A stretch of 64,000 nucleotides of DNA from an uncultured Chloroflexota bacterium (GTDB taxonomy: Bacteria; Chloroflexota; UBA6077; SHYK01), in the NCBI GenBank assembly GCA_964417895.1, contig CAYQJS010000014.1, positions 15,076 to 79,075 on the forward strand. Reading direction: 5' to 3'. The notes beneath the pieces were generated by a model. That model was not told the origin of the DNA, searched no databases, and saw only the letters and a list, made by a program, of their open reading frames with translations. The translations under genes and the position numbers were made by a program. Positions 59,874 through 64,000 of this stretch are shown here, piece after piece. Each line of letters starts with the position of its first letter. The first letter of the stretch is position 1.

Positions 59874-62809
59874 CTAGAGGAGTCCGTGTCGGCTGGCGAA
59901 GACTGCGGCCTCGGCGCGGTTAGCCGCCCCAGTCTTGGTGAGGATGTTGCTCACGTGTCGGATCACCGTGTTGGGGCTGATGACCAGCGCCTCTGCGATC
60001 TCGCGGTTGCTCTTTCCGGCAGCGATCAAGCCAAGAACCTCGACTTCGCGTGCGGAGAGACCGGCCGGGAAGATGTCACTGGGGTGCGACGCAGGGGCTG
60101 TGCGCTGTCGGGCTCGAATTGCCAGAGCGCGTTCGAGCGCCGGTTGCATGTGCATCGCCCGGAGTTCAGCAATGGCAGCGTCCAGGTGCTCGTGCGCCGC
60201 CGCGCGCTCGCCAGGCTCGCCCTGGAGAAGCAGCTCGGCGAGCTGCAGGCGGGTTAGCGCTAGCTCGGGGCGAAAGCCGAGCTGTTCCGTGTCTTGCAGC
60301 CCGCGCTCGTACCAGGATCTGGCTGTCTCGCGGGCCCCAGCGAGCGCGGCGGCGGCGCCCAGATGTCGGGCGAACGTGGTAATGAACCCGAACGGCGACG
60401 CGGGCGGGCCGTCCCGAAGCCAATCAGCGAGCGGGCGCGCGGCCTCGAGGTCCTGCACCACCACAGCGGCATCCAGCATCATATGCAGGATGTTGAGAGG
60501 CTCGGCCAACGGGGTGTCCAGGGTCTCGTACGACGCAAGCTTGTCCCGTAGGAGGGCGCGAGTCTCTTCTACCCGTCCGCCGTAAGCGGCGAGCGCTACT
60601 CTTGGCCCGTAGGTCGGTTCATTACTGTAGCTCTCGAGCTCGCCGGCCAGACCTAAATACACGAACGCTCGCCCGCATCGGCCGATGGCAAACTGCTCGG
60701 CTACGCGCGGCGTGCCCAGCGCTTCTCCGCGCGCCAGCATGTGCCGGGCGATCTCCACTGCCTCCTCTAGGCGCCCGTCCACGGTGGCAAGCAGCCCCCG
60801 ATAGCTCATCGCGTTGATCTCGTTGAAGGCGTCGCGGGTCTGATCGGCCAACTGGCCCAGCTCATGCCAGGCGCTGGCAGCCCCTCCGAGGTCGCCTTTT
60901 GCGAACAGACCCGCGCCGCACATCTCCAGGATCTGGCCAACGGTTCGGCTCCGCACGCCCCCGTGGGGCCGGGTTGCGAACTCTTCCGCCAGGGCAACGG
61001 CGCGGCGCCAGTGTCCCGGGGTCAGCTCGTTGTAGATCGCCTGCCAGGCGCACGTGAAAAGCAGCTCTGGATCGTTCAGAGTCCTAGCAAGCTTGAGCGC
61101 TCGCTCCAGGAGCTCGATTCCGGCGGAACGGTCGCCATTGCCGATGGCGGCACGCGCGAGGGCGACATCGGCGTAAGCGCGATCGGAAGTTCCCGGCGCC
61201 GCGTGGGCGTCCGCGCGGTCGGCCCAGGTGCGCCACTCGGGAGTTTCGGTGTTACCGGGACGGTCCCGATGGAGCGCCTCGAGGACCATGCGGCAGGCGC
61301 GCGAGGCTCGCGGATGGTCGTCGGCGGCCTCAGCGGCGGCGAATGCGCGGGTTGCGACGCCTTCTGCCACCTCGCGCGGATGGCCGAGCGGCATCTGGGC
61401 CTCACCGAGGGCGAGCAGCAAGTCACAGCGCTGCGAGGGGTCCGGGGTACCCGAGAGATCGAGAGCCCCGAGAGCTGCGCCGTAGAACTTTACCGCCTCT
61501 TCGTAAGCATAGACGTCCCGTGCGTGCTCGCCGGCGCGCACGGCGTAACGAACCGCGTTAGCCGAACCGCCGCTCGGCATCGCCTCGATAAAGTGATGTG
61601 CGATCTCGGCCGCACCCTGGCCTGGGTTGCCGCCTCGCTGGTGGTCGAGCGCCTCTGCGGCCCGCAGATGCAATCGCTGCCTGCGTGGCAGGCTCAGCTC
61701 GTCGTAGAGGCACCGCCGGACGAGCGCATGCGTGAAGTGATAGGCCCTGGCTTCTTCCCGGAGTAGACCGGAGCTAAGAGCTTCCTCCAGGGCATCTAGC
61801 GGGGCCGCGGGCGCTCGGCGCCCGGACTGTCGACGGCGCTGAGCAGCTCAAAGGTGAAGCCTTCACCCAACACGGCGGCTACCTGTAGCAGGCGGTTCGC
61901 GTCGGGGCTCAAACGGGACAACCTCCTGGCGATAACCTGGCGCACCCCCTCAGGGATACTCCACTCGATTACGCTCGCCGTAGGGTCGGTGAGATCCTTT
62001 CCTTCGCTGGCGAGCTGTCGGACGACCTCCTTCACGAAAAACGGGTTGCCCTCCGTTCCGCGGTAGATCGCCTCTGCTACAGCGGGCGCGACGGCTGACC
62101 CGTTCAGCGCCCCAATCAGCATCTCCACGTCTGCGGCCGACAGGGACGGAAGAAGAAACCGCCGATAGAGATGCTCGCGGCTCAGCTCCGCCAGGACGTC
62201 CGAGAGGGGATGGGCATGGCCCAGCTCGACGGGTCGATACGTGCCGACCAGGACGAGGGGAGCCCTGGAAACCTTCCGGGCAAGATGCTGGAACAACAAG
62301 AGGGTGGGCTTGTCCGCCCAGTGCAGATCATCCACGCACAGCAGTGCACCCCGTGGACTCAACCCCGCGATGCTCAGCACGAACTCGGCGACCGATTCGA
62401 AGAGGCGGTATCGGTCTTGCTCGGCACCGAGCGACGCGCCGCTGGGCAGATCGGGGAAACGCGCGCGTAGCTCCCTGACCAACAGGGCCACATCGGGAGC
62501 TCCATCGCCGAGCTGCAAGCGGAGCCGGTCGGTGGGCTCGCTCAACGCGTAATCGCGTAGCGCCTCAGTGAAGGGTAGGTAGGGAGGAACGCCCTCGGAC
62601 TCGTAGGCCCGCCCGACCAGCACTCGGGCTCCCTGGTCGTTCGCGACGCGTGCCAGCTCGAGCAGGAGGCGTGTCTTCCCGATTCCAGGCTCGCCAGCAA
62701 CGAGGAGCGCGGCCCCGCGGCCAGCGCCGGCAGCCTCCAGGCTTGCCCGGAGCTCGCCCAGCTCCAGCACGCGCCCGACGAACGGGGTGCCGCCCCAGAG
62801 ATCAGCCAA
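59874..62809 (-). pseudogene. Large ATPase-TPR-LuxR (LAL-type) regulator 3, split by one frameshift
   Basis: The N-terminal ATPase ORF (61796-62809, 'GEPGIGKTRLLLELA') ends 'SAVDSPGAERPRPR*'. The continuation 'PLDALEEALSSGLLREEARAYHFTHALV...' is open in another frame and runs into ORF 59874-61673 (TPR + LuxR HTH). It is colinear with LAL-1. Confidence 0.7.
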
Positions 62810-63220
62810 CTCGGGACTCCGAGGTAGGACTCGCGAGTGCGATTATAGGCAGCTACGCGAACGGGCCTCGTTGGCCAGTCGAGTCTGGGGAGTACAGCCT
62901 CGTGCCGGCTTCTGAAGTCTAATCCTCGACGAGGATCTGGCAGGCTGTCACGCGGGAGTCCAGCACGCGCGTGCGGAAAACCTAGCCCCAGGATTGCGGC
63001 GGCCAGGGCCAGCACCTTGCTGTATTGGAACAGCTTCATGCTGATGACAGTTGGGAGCCGATGCCGCCCGCCCCGCTCGAACGGGTGCCCGCTTGCTCGC
63101 GCCCCCCAGGCACCTCAGCGCGGCGGTTTGACAGGAGAGCGCGATCTCCAACCCGTCAGCGTTCCTGGAAGGACAACGGCCCACGAGCATCCGACAATGC
63201 CCTATGTGCAGTCCGCGCCG

Positions 63221-64000
63221 TCAGCCGGCTGAGTCCCGCTCTCTGAGCGCATCCCTCACTCGCGTTACTGACTCCCCCACAGGCCCCGGGTCCGGCAGGG
63301 CCACGTCTGGCCCCGCGTAGCGCGCCAGCATGTAGGCGTCGGTCAGCTGAGCCACGGGCTGCGTGGCTCCCGGGAGAGGTTGGCGAAGTGCCTCCTGGTA
63401 TTCCCGGGGCGTTTGCGCCGCGGCGCGGGGGAGATTCGCTCGCGCCAGCAGCGTTTGAAACGCTCGATAGTGCCGGCGGATGGCGTTGCGCGGGTCGCCT
63501 GAGCCAGGCGCCGCATCGCCGCGCGGGCCGGACAGGCTCCCCCACATCCCGCGCACTAGGTCTCCAAGCCCACCTCCCGCTGCCCGAGCCCGCGCCTCGC
63601 GCACGTCGTCGTCCCGCCGCCCGCCCATCCTGCCAACGAGTCGATAGAAGATCCAGACGGCCACCAGGGTGAATAGCAGTGTCAACGAGATGGCGACGAA
63701 CAGCGCCAGAAACTCCGGCGGCGCCGGGGTTGGATCCTGATCGAAGCGCGGCCGGTTCTCCTCCGCGGTCTGCATCCCCCGGATCACAGCGTCGGCATCC
63801 ACTCCCGTCAGTTCGCCTACCCAGTGGAAAAACAGCGCGAAGTAGTGGGCCAGGTAGCCGGCAGCCAGCAGGACCGCGTCGGTGACAGGCAAGGCAAAGC
63901 GGCCCACGCGCCCCGCGGCGGCCCCGAACACGCCGAGGGCACCCGACGAGAAGACCCCGGCCAGCACCCCCCCGCCCAGCACCAGCAGAATCGCGCTGCC
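63221..64000 (-). CDS. DUF4129-domain membrane protein (5' end probably beyond the window)
   Basis: It has TM helices, then 'RRHYRAFQTLLARANLPRAAAQTPREYQEAL...LTDAYMLARYAG', a DUF4129-like block. The frame remains open to 64000. Confidence 0.6.
   Translation of the reverse strand, partial: GSAILLVLGGGVLAGVFSSGALGVFGAAAGRVGRFALPVTDAVLLAAGYLAHYFALFFHWVGELTGVDADAVIRGMQTAEENRPRFDQDPTPAPPEFLALFVAISLTLLFTLVAVWIFYRLVGRMGGRRDDDVREARARAAGGGLGDLVRGMWGSLSGPRGDAAPGSGDPRNAIRRHYRAFQTLLARANLPRAAAQTPREYQEALRQPLPGATQPVAQLTDAYMLARYAGPDVALPDPGPVGESVTRVRDALRERDSAG

Noticed and set aside
62542-63039. ORF with a convincing signal peptide (MKLFQYSKVLALAAAILGLGFPHARA) upstream of LAL-3.
   Set aside because: Codon bias collapses after about 25 codons and the frame then runs into the LAL-3 coding region. 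It is probably the stump of a lost secreted-protein gene. Support is too weak to list it as a feature.

Overview
This is a GC-rich bacterial chromosomal window with GC3-rich codon usage. I cannot assign the lineage from sequence alone. There is no rRNA, CRISPR array, transposase or integrase, and one tRNA. I read it as three zones.

(1) 0-11 kb: three 'orphan' family-5 ABC substrate-binding lipoproteins, two PF04909-type amidohydrolases and a secreted bicupin. Several eroded gene fragments lie between them.

(2) 11-37 kb: mostly housekeeping and cation homeostasis. It holds mgtE, a CPA2/Kef antiporter, DUF475, a KdpD/KdpE-like two-component system placed next to a KimA-type K+ importer instead of kdpFABC, and CNNM/CorC. 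It also holds an MshA-like glycosyltransferase with a PIG-L deacetylase, a tRNA-Ile(UAU), LysR, a class II aldolase, Uma2 and BirA.

(3) 37-63 kb: a paralog-rich regulatory island, and the main discovery candidate. It contains three large ATPase-TPR-LuxR (LAL-type) regulators, two PAS-like/LuxR regulators, and several cupin, DinB and ABM-like genes. It also has a secreted patatin-like lipase, an acyl-CoA dehydrogenase, DUF4242 and GlcG.

Nine copies of a 12-nt palindrome (GGGCA-N2-TGCCC) are scattered through this island. Seven of them sit immediately upstream of a sigma70-like -35 / 17 nt / -10 arrangement. Some copies precede intact genes. Others precede genes that have been deleted while their promoter or leader survived. 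Several 3'-end-plus-intergenic segments are duplicated.

The window carries an unusually high load of frameshifted or truncated genes, at least 15. These may be real decay or assembly indels. All calls come from reading the supplied ORF translations and the DNA by eye; no database search was run.
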